The notes under the pieces: generated by a model
Told to the model about the DNA's origin: nothing
The model's input: the letters and a program-made list of their open reading frames with translations, nothing else
Databases searched by the model: none
Part shown: in pieces, positions 37,004-47,074 of the stretch
Numbering within the stretch: the stretch's first letter is position 1
Layout: each line of letters starts with the position of its first letter
Source: an uncultured Thermodesulfobacteriota bacterium
Lineage (GTDB): Bacteria; Desulfobacterota; Zymogenia; Zymogenales; Zymogenaceae
Direction: 5' to 3'
NCBI GenBank assembly: GCA_964542895.1
Contig: CAZIWT010000003.1
Span: 4,733 to 68,732 of the forward strand
Length of the DNA stretch: 64,000 bases
Translations under genes and position numbers: made by a program

Positions 37004-37801
37004 CTATAAGTCAAGGACCTCGTTTATCCTGACTATCGATTTCGCCCGGCCGCTCGCCTCGTCGATCTCGACCATAACGGCGTTTACGAGGGGCCTCCCC
37101 TTGGCCGGGGTCGAGAAGGCCTTCATCGCCGTCCTGAACTTCTTTATCTCCCTCTCCTTGTCGAAGCCGACGACGGAGTTTGCGGCCCCCACCATGCCTA
37201 CGTCCGTTATGGCCGCCGTCCCCAGCTTGCTCACCTCTTCGTCGGCGCTCTGGACGAGCGTGCCGGTGCCCGCAAGGAGAGACACCGTCCCGTCGAGGTG
37301 TATTGCCATGGCGACCTTCTCGGCGGTAGTCTTTGCGAAGAAGTCGACGATTATAATGTCTGTCTCTCCGTCCAACTCTTTTATCAATCCGCGAATCTTC
37401 GGGAATGAGTTTTCGGGTAGGATCCTTCCCATGAACGAATAGCCGACGATATTGACTATCCCCACCTTACGCTTTTCATCGCCCACCTCCTTGATCAGAA
37501 CCCCGCCCCCCGGGCTGTCCGCCGGGAGGTTTTCCGGCCTCAAGACAAAGGGCCTTTTTACGATCGCCGACTGGAGTTCCTTCTGATCCCAGACGTTCTC
37601 GCCGGTGGTTATCACGTCCACACCAGCCTCGACGAGCTCGTCAGCCTTCTCCCCGGTAAGCCCGGCCCCGCCTGCGGCGTGGTTCCCGTTGGCGATGACC
37701 AAGTCCGGCCCGTCCCCCGCCTTCTGAAGCCTCTCGATGTAGTGCGCCACCGCCTCCCTTCCCGGAGAGCCTACGATTACGCCGAAAAAGAGGAGTTTCA
37801 T
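37004..37801 (-). CDS. YmdB-like metallophosphoesterase (TIGR00282 family, 2',3'-cyclic-nucleotide phosphodiesterase-like)
   Basis: MKLLFFGVIVGSPGREAV ... GNHAA(GG) ... GENVWD motifs typical of YmdB. The start overlaps the upstream gene's stop (ATGA). Confidence 0.8.
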   Translation of the reverse strand: MKLLFFGVIVGSPGREAVAHYIERLQKAGDGPDLVIANGNHAAGGAGLTGEKADELVEAGVDVITTGENVWDQKELQSAIVKRPFVLRPENLPADSPGGGVLIKEVGDEKRKVGIVNIVGYSFMGRILPENSFPKIRGLIKELDGETDIIIVDFFAKTTAEKVAMAIHLDGTVSLLAGTGTLVQSADEEVSKLGTAAITDVGMVGAANSVVGFDKEREIKKFRTAMKAFSTPAKGRPLVNAVMVEIDEASGRAKSIVRINEVLDL

Positions 37802-38640
37802 AAGCCGATTTTCTTGATATTCATCGTTTCCGTATTGAGTCTCGTGACTTCTTTCCTTAACCTGAAAAAGCCGAGATTGACCGCCTGGGTCCTTGCAATC
37901 TCGGCGCTCTCAACGCTTGGGTTGTGGACGTGGCCGAAAAACGAGTAGACCGGATTGTGCCTGCTTATATATTTGGTGATGGCGTCACTAGAGGGTTCGT
38001 TCCTCTTGGCAATTGTATCGTAGGTCAGCTTGGTCTCGTCCGGCTTCCCATCCGTTGTTCCCCCCTCCTCGTGGGGCGGTATGTGGGTGATGATTATATC
38101 CGCCGGGTCGAGCTCCATGAGCCTCCTGCCGTAAACCTCGGCGGGAACGATGCCCGGAAAACTGGGAACGTGATCACCGCCAGGCATACCGGAGACGAGG
38201 GCCACGTCGACCCCCGACACCTTGACTATTCCGCTTTCGATTACCTTTGCCTTGCTGGAGACCTTCTCCTTCAATATGTCCGGGTAGTCGTCGTTCCCGT
38301 AGAGAATATACGTCTCGCAGAGTAGGGACCTGGAGAACTTCTCGTACTCCTCCTCTATGAGGGGGAGGATCTTCTCGTAGCGCTCCTCCCCGGGGGTGGT
38401 TATCTCCAGGAAGGCCTCCTTCACCCGGTCGAGCCTGCCTTCCGACATCTCCTTCAATCCCTCGAGAAGCTCGTCGATTGTATAGGCCTTTGCGAGAATG
38501 CCCTTGGAGAAATCCGTGAAATCCATAAAGATCAGGATGTCCCCGGCGATGAAAAGGGTGTCCTCCGGGCCGACCAGCTTCGACAGCGCCTCGAACTCCC
38601 CGTGTACGTCGCCCACTATAACTATTTCACTTTGGCTCAT
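37798..38640 (-). CDS. calcineurin-like metallophosphoesterase
   Basis: GDVHG, GDILIF(MD) and GNDD motifs, plus a downstream GH-x-H (FFGHVHNP). GTGGAG RBS. Confidence 0.75.
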   Translation of the reverse strand: MSQSEIVIVGDVHGEFEALSKLVGPEDTLFIAGDILIFMDFTDFSKGILAKAYTIDELLEGLKEMSEGRLDRVKEAFLEITTPGEERYEKILPLIEEEYEKFSRSLLCETYILYGNDDYPDILKEKVSSKAKVIESGIVKVSGVDVALVSGMPGGDHVPSFPGIVPAEVYGRRLMELDPADIIITHIPPHEEGGTTDGKPDETKLTYDTIAKRNEPSSDAITKYISRHNPVYSFFGHVHNPSVESAEIARTQAVNLGFFRLRKEVTRLNTETMNIKKIGL

Positions 38641-38688
38641 TTACACTCCACTTTTAATCGTTAAAAAAACCTCAGTCCACACATCGTA

Positions 38689-39240
38689 TTCTGTCATTCC
38701 CAACTTGGCTGGGAATCTATTCTGTCATTCCCAACTTGATTGGGAATCCAGATTGATATCGGTATCTACTCTCATTATCGTATAATTTTCCACTGACAAA
38801 CCGGAGCTTGTCAGTGCCACCCAGCCGCTTTGCATATAATCACCCGATTGCTTCGTCCGTGTTTAATAAATATCATTCCTCGCAATAATGAACTTGTTGG
38901 GTCCTCCCAATTCCCCCATTATGTCATTGCGATCGACCGCAGGGAGCGAAGCAATTGCGTGTTACTTGTATTGACCCGATTGTTTCGTCGCTCGCCTTTA
39001 AAAGGCTCGCTCCTCGCAATGACATCCTTTGCCGCCTATTGTCATTTAAGAGCGATTGAAATCCGCTCTGTCAATCCCGGCCCGACCTGAAACAATACTG
39101 TCATTCCCAACTTGATTGGGAATCCAGATTGATATTTTACCCCAACATACGTGGGGACAGGCTGGATTCCCGTTTCCCAAGGGAATGACATGTTATTTTT
39201 AGATTCCCGCTTCCCAAGGGAATGACATTTAATGCCTCCA
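38689..39240. repeat. cluster of short palindromic hairpin repeats (REP/MITE-like): at least 5 copies of GTCATTCCC-N8-GGGAATCC in both orientations, plus GTCATTGCG...CGCAATGAC units and one copy of the 18846-type element
   Basis: Copies at about 38692-38716, 38723-38758, 39101-39140, 39163-39195 and 39210-39235. The middle units span 38875-39030. The 18846-like copy is at 38796-38832. No long ORF with an RBS is present. The region separates divergent operons. Confidence 0.6.
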
Positions 39241-39472
39241 TTGGCTATCAAATATATCCTATTTCCGACGGGGTCCTTCATCATCAACACATGTAGGGGT
39301 TTTTCAATTAGTCATGCCTAACTTAATAGGTTTGGGGCGATTTGTCAAGGAATTTACGAAGAGAGAGGACAATAAAAAATGAAGCCGTTTTTCCGCCTTT
39401 TTCGGACCTAAATAGTAGATAAATGCCTTATAAACCTTGACAGAAATTGTCGGTGTAGATAAAATTCTCCGA

Positions 39473-40234
39473 ATGAAAAGGATTATGATCGTGGCCGACG
39501 ACTTCGGCCTCTCAAAAGAGATAAACGGGGGCATCGAGACAGGCGTTAAGGCGGGCGCCCTCTCCTTTGCGTCGTTGATGGTGGACGGTAAATTTGCCGC
39601 CGACGCCGTCAGAATCGCGAGGGAAAATCCCGGGCTCACCGTGGGGCTCCACGTGGATGTGAGCCGGCTTTTAGGAATTGATGAGGATGTTTGGCGGGGG
39701 GTGAGAGTTAATAATCTTATGGAGGTTATTTCGGGCAAGTCTCTAACAGATAAATTTATTGAAGATTGTCAGAGGCAGATAACGAAGTTTTTTGAGCTTG
39801 GATTTGCTCCAACTTTTATCAACTCCCACTTTAACATTCATATATTGCCGCAGTTTTTCCCGTATTTCGTTGAAATTGCAGCCGATAGCAGTTTTAAGTA
39901 TGTAAGGTTCTCAAAGCTAACGCCCCTCCTTTTCCACCCCGACATTCCGATCGAGGGGAGACTTTCCGGTATGGCAAAATTACTTGAAAAAATGGGTATG
40001 GTCCATTCGGATGAATATATCGCCGCCAGTTTTCATTTTTTCCCGCCAGAGCTTAAACAAGATGTGACCGAGATCATGGTTCACCTGAAAGACTCCCCTG
40101 GAAGCAAGAATGATCCGATCTCAACGGTCTATTACCTCGACCTCATAAAGATCCTCTCGTGGGGCGATTACTATCGATACGTAAGATACCGGGGACAATA
40201 CGAGGAGCTGAATATAAGCGGTGCCGTGAGATGA
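39473..40234 (+). CDS. YdjC/ChbG family carbohydrate deacetylase-like protein
   Basis: The N-terminus (K)RIMIVADDFGLSKEINGGI and SLM ... GLH motifs match the YdjC-like (ChbG/HpnK) family. The start is ATG at 39473 or 39485. Confidence 0.65.
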   Translation: MKRIMIVADDFGLSKEINGGIETGVKAGALSFASLMVDGKFAADAVRIARENPGLTVGLHVDVSRLLGIDEDVWRGVRVNNLMEVISGKSLTDKFIEDCQRQITKFFELGFAPTFINSHFNIHILPQFFPYFVEIAADSSFKYVRFSKLTPLLFHPDIPIEGRLSGMAKLLEKMGMVHSDEYIAASFHFFPPELKQDVTEIMVHLKDSPGSKNDPISTVYYLDLIKILSWGDYYRYVRYRGQYEELNISGAVR

Positions 40235-40593
40235 AGAGGAAGTTCGACTACTATATAAAAAGGGCGCTTGAAGAGCTGCCGGACGAGTTCAAGGAGAAGA
40301 TGGACAACCTCGTGATCTCCGTGGAGTCGTATCCGAGCAAGGCCGACCTTGCGTCGCTGGGGATAGACGACAGGAGGATACTTCTGGGGATATTTCGGGG
40401 CGTGCCCTTCGGGGCCGTCAGCTCCTTCTACTCCGGCCCGGTGATGCCGTCGGAGATTGTCCTCTTCCAGAAGAACATTGAGGCGGTTGCGGAGACCGAG
40501 AGCGAGCTGATAGATCAGATCTACAAGACACTCCTCCATGAGATCGGGCACTATTTCGGGATGTCCGAGGAGGAGCTTGAGATCTATTCATAG
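40231..40593 (+). CDS. zincin-like small metallopeptidase (PF06262-like, HExxH)
   Basis: About 120 aa with a C-terminal HEIGHYFG motif. The ATG overlaps the upstream stop (ATGA), indicating translational coupling with the YdjC-like gene. Confidence 0.6.
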   Translation: MKRKFDYYIKRALEELPDEFKEKMDNLVISVESYPSKADLASLGIDDRRILLGIFRGVPFGAVSSFYSGPVMPSEIVLFQKNIEAVAETESELIDQIYKTLLHEIGHYFGMSEEELEIYS

Positions 40594-40768
40594 GGGGAAA
40601 TGGGTCTTCGAGAAATTAACCGCTGCACCGTAGATTTCCGTTTTGGATCGAGTCCAGCATTAGATTTGTTTAAGCGGCTGCGCCGAGGCTTGGGCGATTT
40701 ACGAAAACCGTTCTTCAATTTAAGGGAGCATAAATATTTTTGAAACTTAACTTAAAAGGAGGCATGAG

Positions 40769-40978
40769 ATGTCTGAAAGGGTTGCAAGAGTATCAGAGGT
40801 TATCGCGGGCTCCAATGTCAGCTTCGACGACGCCATCAAGAAGGGACTGAAGAGGGCGACCTCCACCCTGAGAAACATCGTGGGATTGAAGGTCAAGGAG
40901 TTCAGGATCCATGTGGAGAACGACGAGATTGAGGAGTACCGGGTCAATATGGATATTATCTTCCTCCTCGAGGAATGA
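40769..40978 (+). CDS. dodecin (flavin-binding) family protein
   Basis: 69 aa. VSEVIAGSNVSFDDAIKKGLKRA...EFRIHVENDEIEEYRVNMDIIF matches the dodecin fold sequence pattern. AAAAGGAGG RBS. Confidence 0.8.
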   Translation: MSERVARVSEVIAGSNVSFDDAIKKGLKRATSTLRNIVGLKVKEFRIHVENDEIEEYRVNMDIIFLLEE

Positions 40979-41270
40979 CGGGTCTTCGTTGGGAAGTTCT
41001 TAACGCCTTAAATAAAGAGGGGGTGGATCGCCCAGGGCGACCCATCCCCTTATCCACCCCACTGTTTGGGTATTGCCGTCGGGGGCGGCGTAATATTTAT
41101 CGATCTATCCGATATCCCTATACGCTATCCGCCCCCTTTTTCGGCAATATTTTTAGCAATAGGGGGCGATTAAGATTTGCCCCCCCCTTTTGTCTTTTAG
41201 CCCCTTGCCCGCAAATGTTGCCCTCGGCTTTTATATCAAGAGACCTTTAGCCGAAAGCGGCCGTTCAAGC

Positions 41271-41999
41271 CTACATCCACTCGGAGGGCTCGATAAGGCC
41301 GCCGAAGATGCGGTAGTACACCGTGTACGCAACGATTATGACGACTCCCGCCCCGCAGAGAAAGAGGGTAAGCCTCTTCGTCATTATATTCCTAACCTTC
41401 ATCAGAAAAACGACCGCCGAGATCACGATCAGCACGATAAAGTAGATAAGGACCTCATGGGCCGTCTGGCCCTCCAGGGCGGATGAGCCGATGTAGAATC
41501 CGAAGAGGAGGGCCGAGAGGAGGAGGACGGAGAGCTCCCCCTTCCCTATCCTCTCGCCGTTCGTCGACTTGAGCTCCATAACGAACAGAGTTCCCAATAA
41601 CCCGAAGAACCCTACGTCAAATAGCCAGTGACCCAGCGATTCATCGTAGAAATAGATGATGTCGGACAGCAGTTTGCCTGCGTCCTCTCCACCGTCCTTG
41701 ATGTTGTGGATCGCGTTCGCCCCGAAGTGGATCCCGTGCCCCTCGAAGAGGATCGCCCCGAAAAGGACAAGGACGACAAGAGAGGGTAGTCCGGCCCTGC
41801 CCCCGGACCCGACCACCTCCCTTGAGATCAGAAAAAACATCACGGCCATAAAGGGTGCCCATAGGAGGATATCCAGGACGTCGTTGGGACAGAGACCGCT
41901 GTTTCCGATTACCTTGAAACCGAAGACAAAGACCGGGGCGATTACAAGGAGGATCGCCCCGAGGGAGAATATAAAAAGGAGCGTGGTTAATCTCTTCAT
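41271..41999 (-). CDS. polytopic membrane protein, unknown function
   Basis: 242 aa with about 7 TM helices. GGAGG RBS. Confidence 0.5.
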   Translation of the reverse strand: MKRLTTLLFIFSLGAILLVIAPVFVFGFKVIGNSGLCPNDVLDILLWAPFMAVMFFLISREVVGSGGRAGLPSLVVLVLFGAILFEGHGIHFGANAIHNIKDGGEDAGKLLSDIIYFYDESLGHWLFDVGFFGLLGTLFVMELKSTNGERIGKGELSVLLLSALLFGFYIGSSALEGQTAHEVLIYFIVLIVISAVVFLMKVRNIMTKRLTLFLCGAGVVIIVAYTVYYRIFGGLIEPSEWM

Positions 42000-42294
42000 T
42001 TTAGTCCTCCAAAAAAACGTAAATAAAGATATATGGTTGCCCTGCCGATTTATCGACGGGCCTGATAAAGCGGCAGTAAAATGGAATTTGCCCTTTTTTA
42101 AAAACAGGAGATAAGAAGAACTTTAGGTCAGCTGGGCCGTCCGAATATGGTTTTTAATACCAATTTCTTGTCGCCAATAATTTTGTGTCGCCCACATCCC
42201 CCGTCCATACGGTCGCCTTCAGGGCCGATCCCTCCCCGCCCCATGAAAACCTGTATCCACTACCCCCCCCTTTTTTCCTATCTCTCCCTCTCTC

Positions 42295-43314
42295 CTACCT
42301 CCCCTTTTTGGATTTACCCTTTTTTGAATTGAAGAGCTCTTCCTGATAGGCCGTCCACTCGCTGAAGTTCGCCTTTATCGCCATGAGCTCCTCGTCGCTG
42401 TCGATATCCAGAGCTGCTCCCCCGTAGTAGGTTATCGACGTCTTGGCGCTGGTGCCCAAAATCACTCCCACTGTGTTTTCGATCGATGAAAGGCTTACAA
42501 ACTTTCTGAGAAAGTCAGAGAGCCATTCGAGTCTCCTGTTTGTCAAAAACATGCAGGCCTGGAGGATGGCAAACTGGTAAATAGCCTTGTACGTCCCCTT
42601 TTCGGTCTTGAGGACGGTCAAGACGAGTTTGATGATATCTTTCCACTCCCTCTGGTGACGGTACTCGTACATCTTCTGGATATATATCTTGTTCCTTATC
42701 TTGAGCAGCCTTCCGAGATGCAGGTTGTTCTGGCGCCATTTTATCTCTCTTCCGTGAAAATACGAGTGCTTGATCCCGAGCTTGTTCTCCTTCGGGTAAT
42801 AAGGCTTGAGGGAATAATCGGGCGTTATCCCGGCGATGTAATCGAACTTGTCGATCTCGGCGTTTTCGATGAACTCGTCTACCTCATAGGAAGCCAAAAG
42901 GGGGATATCCCCGGAGAGGGCCAGGACTACTTTTTCCTGAATGGGTGTATTAAGGTATGTACTTGGATCTATTCCTTTTTTGTAACCTTCTATGGTATGG
43001 AGAAAGCCGTTCCACACGTTTTCAATGAGATTTTCCCACTGCTCGAGGACAATAACTTTCCTCCCCTTTATCTTTGCGAGGTCCGGCTTTATCGCCTTCT
43101 CTATCTGCTCCTTGGGACCGACGATCCATATATTGCGGACATATTTTGAGCCGACGAGTGCCGAAAGGACATAACTGATGACCGGCCTTCCGTCGATTTT
43201 CAACAGGACCTTGTTTTTCCCCCCGATATTCCTGCTGGCCCTTTTATCTCCCGCCAGGATTAGGGCGTCGTACAACTTAGTGAAGCCTCTTTTCATTTTA
43301 ACCGATGGATTCAT
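42295..43314 (-). CDS. MobA-like NTP-transferase domain protein (nucleotidyltransferase) with C-terminal extension; AT-rich codon usage
   Basis: The N-terminus ALILAGDKRASRNIGGKNKVLLKIDGRPVISYVL resembles the (A)xILAGGxxxRxG...K.L nucleotide-binding loop of MobA/GlmU-like transferases. Composition is atypical of the locus. Confidence 0.45.
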   Translation of the reverse strand: MNPSVKMKRGFTKLYDALILAGDKRASRNIGGKNKVLLKIDGRPVISYVLSALVGSKYVRNIWIVGPKEQIEKAIKPDLAKIKGRKVIVLEQWENLIENVWNGFLHTIEGYKKGIDPSTYLNTPIQEKVVLALSGDIPLLASYEVDEFIENAEIDKFDYIAGITPDYSLKPYYPKENKLGIKHSYFHGREIKWRQNNLHLGRLLKIRNKIYIQKMYEYRHQREWKDIIKLVLTVLKTEKGTYKAIYQFAILQACMFLTNRRLEWLSDFLRKFVSLSSIENTVGVILGTSAKTSITYYGGAALDIDSDEELMAIKANFSEWTAYQEELFNSKKGKSKKGR

Positions 43315-43472
43315 AACTTTTTGAAATATATCAATCCACTATAGCGTAGTCAAGAAATTTATAACCTTTTTGTTGACAATGCCCCCCTTTGTGATAGATT
43401 CATAATCGAATCGAGGAGACGGGCGATCGGCGGCGGGAAAATATCTTTAGGAAAATCGGGGGATTTTTTAAG

Positions 43473-44555
43473 ATGGCCGATGTCAACGTGGGGCTTGTCG
43501 GGGCGGGACTTCTGGGCCTGACGCACGCCTTTTGTCTCAAGGCTATCGGCGACGCCGGTCTTTTCGACGTTAAGGTAAGAAAGGTCTACGACCCCAACCA
43601 CCCGGCGGCCGACTCCCTCGTCGAGAACATGGGTATCGAAGTGAGGGTGGACACGGCCGATGAGATACTGAAGGACGACGACATAGACACGGTCTACATC
43701 GCCACGCCCACCCTTTACCACAAGGAGTATGTAATCAGGGCCGCAGAGGGGAAAAAGAACGTCTTCTGCGAAAAGCCGCTCTACATCAATTACGAGGGCG
43801 CGGTAGAGATGGCCGCCGAGGTCGAGAGGTCGGGCGTAATCGGGGGGGTGGGGCTGGTCTTGAGATATTCCCCCACACTGAACTACATCTTGGATACGAT
43901 AAATAAGGCCGATGCCGGCCGGCCGATACTCTTTTCGATCAGGGACGACCAGTGCCTGCCGATAAGGGGGCTTCACCACACGTCTTGGCGCTCCAACAGG
44001 GATGAGTCGGGCGGCGGCACCCTGATAGAGCACAGCATCCACGACATCGACCTGTTCGGCTGGTTTTTCGGAATCTCAAGAATCAAGGATGTGGAGATCA
44101 AATACCACCCGAAATACGAGGGGATCGACAATTACGTCAGGATTGTGACGGGGCTCGGGGAGAACAAAGATACGTCAACCGAGGGAATCCTCACATCGAT
44201 CTGGCACGACATGGTGGCAAGGGCCTCGAACCGCCGCCTGGAGCTGATTTTCGAGAAGCTCTTTATAGGAACCGATCACGATTATCTTGGGCCGGTCGAG
44301 CTTACAGAGGGGGATGGCGAGACGCGGCTTGTCGAAAGTGACGAGGTCCTCTCGACCGCCCTCGAAGCCCTCGGCGTTACCGACCCGAAGGTCGTCTCTT
44401 TTTTCAAAGGCCTCGACTACGGGACCTTCGGCGCCTACACCCTCGAGGACTACTTTTTTATAAAGGCGGTCGTCGAGGGGGAGGATTACACCCCCGGCTT
44501 TGACGCCGCCGTCTCCGCCCACAGGCTCGTCGAAGAGATATACAGGAGGGGCTGA
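43473..44555 (+). CDS. Gfo/Idh/MocA family NAD(P)-dependent oxidoreductase
   Basis: The N-terminal Rossmann VGLVGAGLLG ... and EKPL catalytic-region motifs are typical of the family. Confidence 0.85.
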   Translation: MADVNVGLVGAGLLGLTHAFCLKAIGDAGLFDVKVRKVYDPNHPAADSLVENMGIEVRVDTADEILKDDDIDTVYIATPTLYHKEYVIRAAEGKKNVFCEKPLYINYEGAVEMAAEVERSGVIGGVGLVLRYSPTLNYILDTINKADAGRPILFSIRDDQCLPIRGLHHTSWRSNRDESGGGTLIEHSIHDIDLFGWFFGISRIKDVEIKYHPKYEGIDNYVRIVTGLGENKDTSTEGILTSIWHDMVARASNRRLELIFEKLFIGTDHDYLGPVELTEGDGETRLVESDEVLSTALEALGVTDPKVVSFFKGLDYGTFGAYTLEDYFFIKAVVEGEDYTPGFDAAVSAHRLVEEIYRRG

Positions 44556-44598
44556 TTTCCACGGGATTTATTTTTCCCGAGACAGGGGTAGCAAAGAG

Positions 44599-45015
44599 AT
44601 GGGGATATATCCGACAAAAAGCATCATAGGGAGTGTAAAGGGGATCGGGGGTTTGCTCCTCATCCTCGTCATGGTTTTGATTGTCGCCCCCGCCTTGTCG
44701 CCCGCGCCCAAGGCCCAGACGGGACCAAATCACCCCTTGGAGATCACAGTCGAGGTAAAGGAGATCCCCGTTGGCTACGGGCTGAGAGACGTCCTCCTCA
44801 TGAATCCGGGGGATATGGAGAGATTTGGATTGAAGGGGGGCGAGACGGTAATCGTGTGCAATAAGAGTGAAAGCGGGCCGAATGATTGCGTCACGGTTAG
44901 GGTCGAGTACGGCGCCGGTGTGGTCTCGGGAAGCGTTATGATGGACATCAGCGATATCAACGCCCTTCGGCTCTCCCCGGGGGATCGATTTCTTATGGAG
45001 CTCACACTTCCGTGA
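44599..45015 (+). CDS. small secreted protein, unknown function
   Basis: Signal peptide MGIYPTKSIIGSVKGIGGLLLILVMVLIVAPALS. The ORF track starts upstream, at 44500. Confidence 0.45.
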   Translation: MGIYPTKSIIGSVKGIGGLLLILVMVLIVAPALSPAPKAQTGPNHPLEITVEVKEIPVGYGLRDVLLMNPGDMERFGLKGGETVIVCNKSESGPNDCVTVRVEYGAGVVSGSVMMDISDINALRLSPGDRFLMELTLP

Positions 45016-45063
45016 GCCGACGAAGGACGACCTTCGGCCCTCCCGTCCCCCGAAAGCAAGAAT

Positions 45064-45951
45064 ATGAAAAAGATAAAGTTTAATACCCAAGATCCTGAGG
45101 ATTTCAAAGAGCTGGTTGCAAAGAAGCTCGGTGATTTTCAGCCGAACTTCCTGGGGCGCCACGAAGAGATCGAAAAGGAGAAGAAGAACGGGGTGCGCCA
45201 TTTCACCTCCGGTGTTATCTTGTTGATCCATTTTTCGGAAAACGGCAAGGCGCCCGGCTTCGTCCTGACCAAAAGGTCAAAGCGGGTAGTCCAGCCCGGC
45301 GACCTGAGCTGTCCCGGGGGTCACATATCGTTTATCGACAGGCTCCACGGTTTTTTTATCAAGAAGGGCCTCTCGCCGCTGGTCAGGGGAATGGGCCTCG
45401 AGGCCTGGCGGGAATCACGGGTCGGGGGGGAGAAGAGGATTGCGGCGGACTACCTCGCCTGCGCGCTGAGGGAGACCGCAGAGGAGACCGGATTACCCAT
45501 GAGGCGTATCGATTATCTGGGCTCCCTCCCCCCCTACGGCCTGATGTCGTTCAGGAGGGTGATCTTCCCCTCCGTCGGCGCGATCTCGGGAGACCTGAAG
45601 GAGCGGCTCAACTGGGAGGTGGAGAGGATCGTCTCCGTTAAGATCGACGAGATGCTCGACCCGGAAAACTACTTCTGGATTGACTTCGATGTTCCGGAGG
45701 ACTTAAAAAAGGCGAGCAACAGGGAGAAATGGAAGTTCCCCGCCCTCCTGATCGATGACGCCGAAGGGCGGGAGATCCTCTGGGGGGCCACGTTTTACAT
45801 CATCCTCTCTTTCATGTGGATCGTCTTCAATTTCTCGATACCGGAGATACCACAGGACAAAGTGATAAAAAAGGAGATCCCGGAAAACTACTTCACCGGC
45901 GGCTTCAGAAAGCTCCTCAAGGCCGGCTTCGAGCGGGAGGGAAAAAAGTAA
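45064..45951 (+). CDS. NUDIX hydrolase (CoA pyrophosphatase-like) with C-terminal membrane-associated extension
   Basis: The Nudix box is recognisable (GGHISFIDRLHGFF ... ALRETAEETGL, following the GX5EX7REUXEEXGU pattern). Confidence 0.65.
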   Translation: MKKIKFNTQDPEDFKELVAKKLGDFQPNFLGRHEEIEKEKKNGVRHFTSGVILLIHFSENGKAPGFVLTKRSKRVVQPGDLSCPGGHISFIDRLHGFFIKKGLSPLVRGMGLEAWRESRVGGEKRIAADYLACALRETAEETGLPMRRIDYLGSLPPYGLMSFRRVIFPSVGAISGDLKERLNWEVERIVSVKIDEMLDPENYFWIDFDVPEDLKKASNREKWKFPALLIDDAEGREILWGATFYIILSFMWIVFNFSIPEIPQDKVIKKEIPENYFTGGFRKLLKAGFEREGKK

Positions 45952-46060
45952 CGGATCTCGCCCGGCTCCAAACAAAGCGGGCGGCCTTGACTTCTTGACC
46001 CCCTAAAACGTTGTCAGGCGTGGCGCTTTGGCCCATCAGGCGGGCTGGGGTGTACGGCGC

Positions 46061-46714
46061 TCAGAAATCGGCGTCCGCGGCCGAGGAGTAGGGCTTGATG
46101 GGAGATGTGTCGTTGACCTTGGCGATGATGAATCGGTCTTCGGATTTGCCGCCTCCCTTCACATAGCGGATGACGTTGATGCACGCCGTATCCTGCTCGA
46201 TGTCCCAGAACCGGGATGAGTCCATCCCCATAACGGCCGCCAGGATCATCTTGTTCACAACCCTGTGGGAAACAAGGGCGATTGTCTCACCCGCGTGTCT
46301 CCCGGCAAGCCGCAGGATGGCCTCGAAGGCCCTCTCCCTCACGTCCAGTATCGACTCGGCCCCGGGAAAGACTACCTCGTTAGGGGCCTTCATCCACCGC
46401 CCGTAGAGATCGGCGTATCTCCCCTTTATCTCCTCCTTGGGGATTCCCTCCCACTCGCCGTAGTCGATGTCGATCAGGCCCTCATCCGTCATCACCTCGA
46501 TCCCGTGGTGGGCAGCGATCTTCGACGCGGTTTCTACCGCCCTCGAGAGGGGGCTCGCGTATACCGCATTGAAATCGAGGCCGGCAAGCGCCCTCCCCAC
46601 GGCCTCCGCCTGCTCCCTCCCCCTCTCGTTCAGCGGGACGTCCGCCCTCCCCCGAAATATTTCCCCCAAGTTCCACTGAGTCTCTCCGTGCCTGACAAGA
46701 AAGATATTTCCCAT
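46061..46714 (-). CDS. histidine phosphatase family protein (phosphoglycerate mutase-like)
   Basis: N-terminal catalytic motif LVRHGETQWN, followed by RG ... DxPL and a downstream His. AGGGGAAGGG RBS. Confidence 0.85.
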   Translation of the reverse strand: MGNIFLVRHGETQWNLGEIFRGRADVPLNERGREQAEAVGRALAGLDFNAVYASPLSRAVETASKIAAHHGIEVMTDEGLIDIDYGEWEGIPKEEIKGRYADLYGRWMKAPNEVVFPGAESILDVRERAFEAILRLAGRHAGETIALVSHRVVNKMILAAVMGMDSSRFWDIEQDTACINVIRYVKGGGKSEDRFIIAKVNDTSPIKPYSSAADADF

Positions 46715-47074
46715 ATGCCCTTCCCCTTTTTTAATTCAAGTGGAGTGCTTTAAAAGGTGCGGCGTGAAATTTCACTACTCAAGGTCGAAGCGCTCAAATA
46801 AATTCGATTCTCCGGCAATATTTCACGCCTTCGTTACGTCTAATACAGTGGGCTCCGCTTATGAGATCCTTGATTGAGTATCGCCTTAATCTCCCCGAAT
46901 CAAAGGAGGTGCCCGACGGCCCTCTACAATAGACATTATCTTCTTTCCAATCGCCGCAACCCATGTTATCATATAATCGCATTGACCGGAATATCTTATC
47001 GGTTTTTTTTAACGACGATATCTTTCGATTCAAATAAGGACACCGCAAGAAATATGTTTAAAAGGGAAAGCAAA

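Noticed and set aside
38830-39090. 86-aa plus-strand ORF and 39042-39290 / 39304-39738 minus-strand ORFs
   Set aside because: They lie inside the hairpin-repeat cluster, have no RBS, and their translations are Arg/Leu-rich artefacts of palindromic DNA.
38689-39240. Possible CRISPR array suggested by the repeated GTCATTCCCAACTTG ... units
   Set aside because: Only 5-6 units are present, and they occur in both orientations with variable internal loops and irregular spacing. There is no constant-length repeat/spacer periodicity and no cas genes anywhere in the window. The region is better explained as REP/MITE-like hairpin repeats.
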